64,000 bases of DNA from contig NC_068994.1 in NCBI RefSeq assembly GCF_001194135.2, forward strand, positions 39,464,516-39,528,515, given 5' to 3'. Under the pieces are notes generated by a model that worked only from the letters and a program-made list of their open reading frames with translations, was not told where the DNA came from and ran no database searches. Of this stretch, positions 63,516 through 64,000 are shown in pieces (positions within the stretch are counted from its first letter, which is position 1; each line of letters starts with the position of its first letter). Position numbers and translations under genes: made by a program. The stretch is from Octopus bimaculoides. Its lineage: Eukaryota.

Positions 63516-64000
63516 TTTAGTGTGGAAGTGTCTTTTTTGATTCTCCTTTCAAAACACATTTTCTTTTTACTTTGAGCATTACTAATAGAATTTTGTTAGA
63601 GTAGTTGTAAAAAGAACAATAATTGCCTATGGAGATACTGCCCTTGATTTTCAGGGATAGACAACAGGGAAAAGAGGATTTTTGCACAAACATTTAAAAT
63701 TATATTTATGTACATTACATTTTCGCATTCAAAATGGCTACCACACATAATTATGCCTCATAAATAAACATATAAATGGCTAAAAATAAACACCAAGTCT
63801 AAATGCACAAGAGGAAGAAGAAAATGAACAGTATAGGAAAGAATTAATTAAAAACATCCTAAATACTCAAATAAGTCATTTGGAAAAATGACAACAATAA
63901 CAACATCAATAGATGCAGCAATTCCTGCATCTTTCCAAATAGTGTGATCTGTTCATATAGCAACTGTGTGAAGACAAACCTTTCATTTCAAAATAAACAG

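Overview
AT-rich, microsatellite-saturated eukaryotic DNA with 12 N-gaps. The gene and repeat content point to an octopus/coleoid cephalopod (inference). The only host coding sequence I can support is one large minus-strand protocadherin exon (signal peptide, 6 cadherin repeats, TM, partial cytoplasmic tail). It sits between a strong splice acceptor (13719-13720) and a GTAAGT donor (11287-11292), so a non-coding 5' exon and at least one 3' coding exon are probably elsewhere. A candidate promoter/first exon lies about 26 kb upstream at 39793-40130. The rest is mobile DNA: mariner relics, two modular tRNA-derived SINE families, R4/Dong-like and RTE-like LINE fragments, a TTAA-type MITE and several fold-back elements. 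The most unusual item is a hammerhead-ribozyme-like motif (59970-60009) inside the loop of a 66-bp near-perfect inverted repeat, a layout resembling Penelope-like pseudo-LTRs. Nearly all other ORFs in the track are microsatellite or gap artefacts. All alignments and translations were done by eye; no database searches were run.
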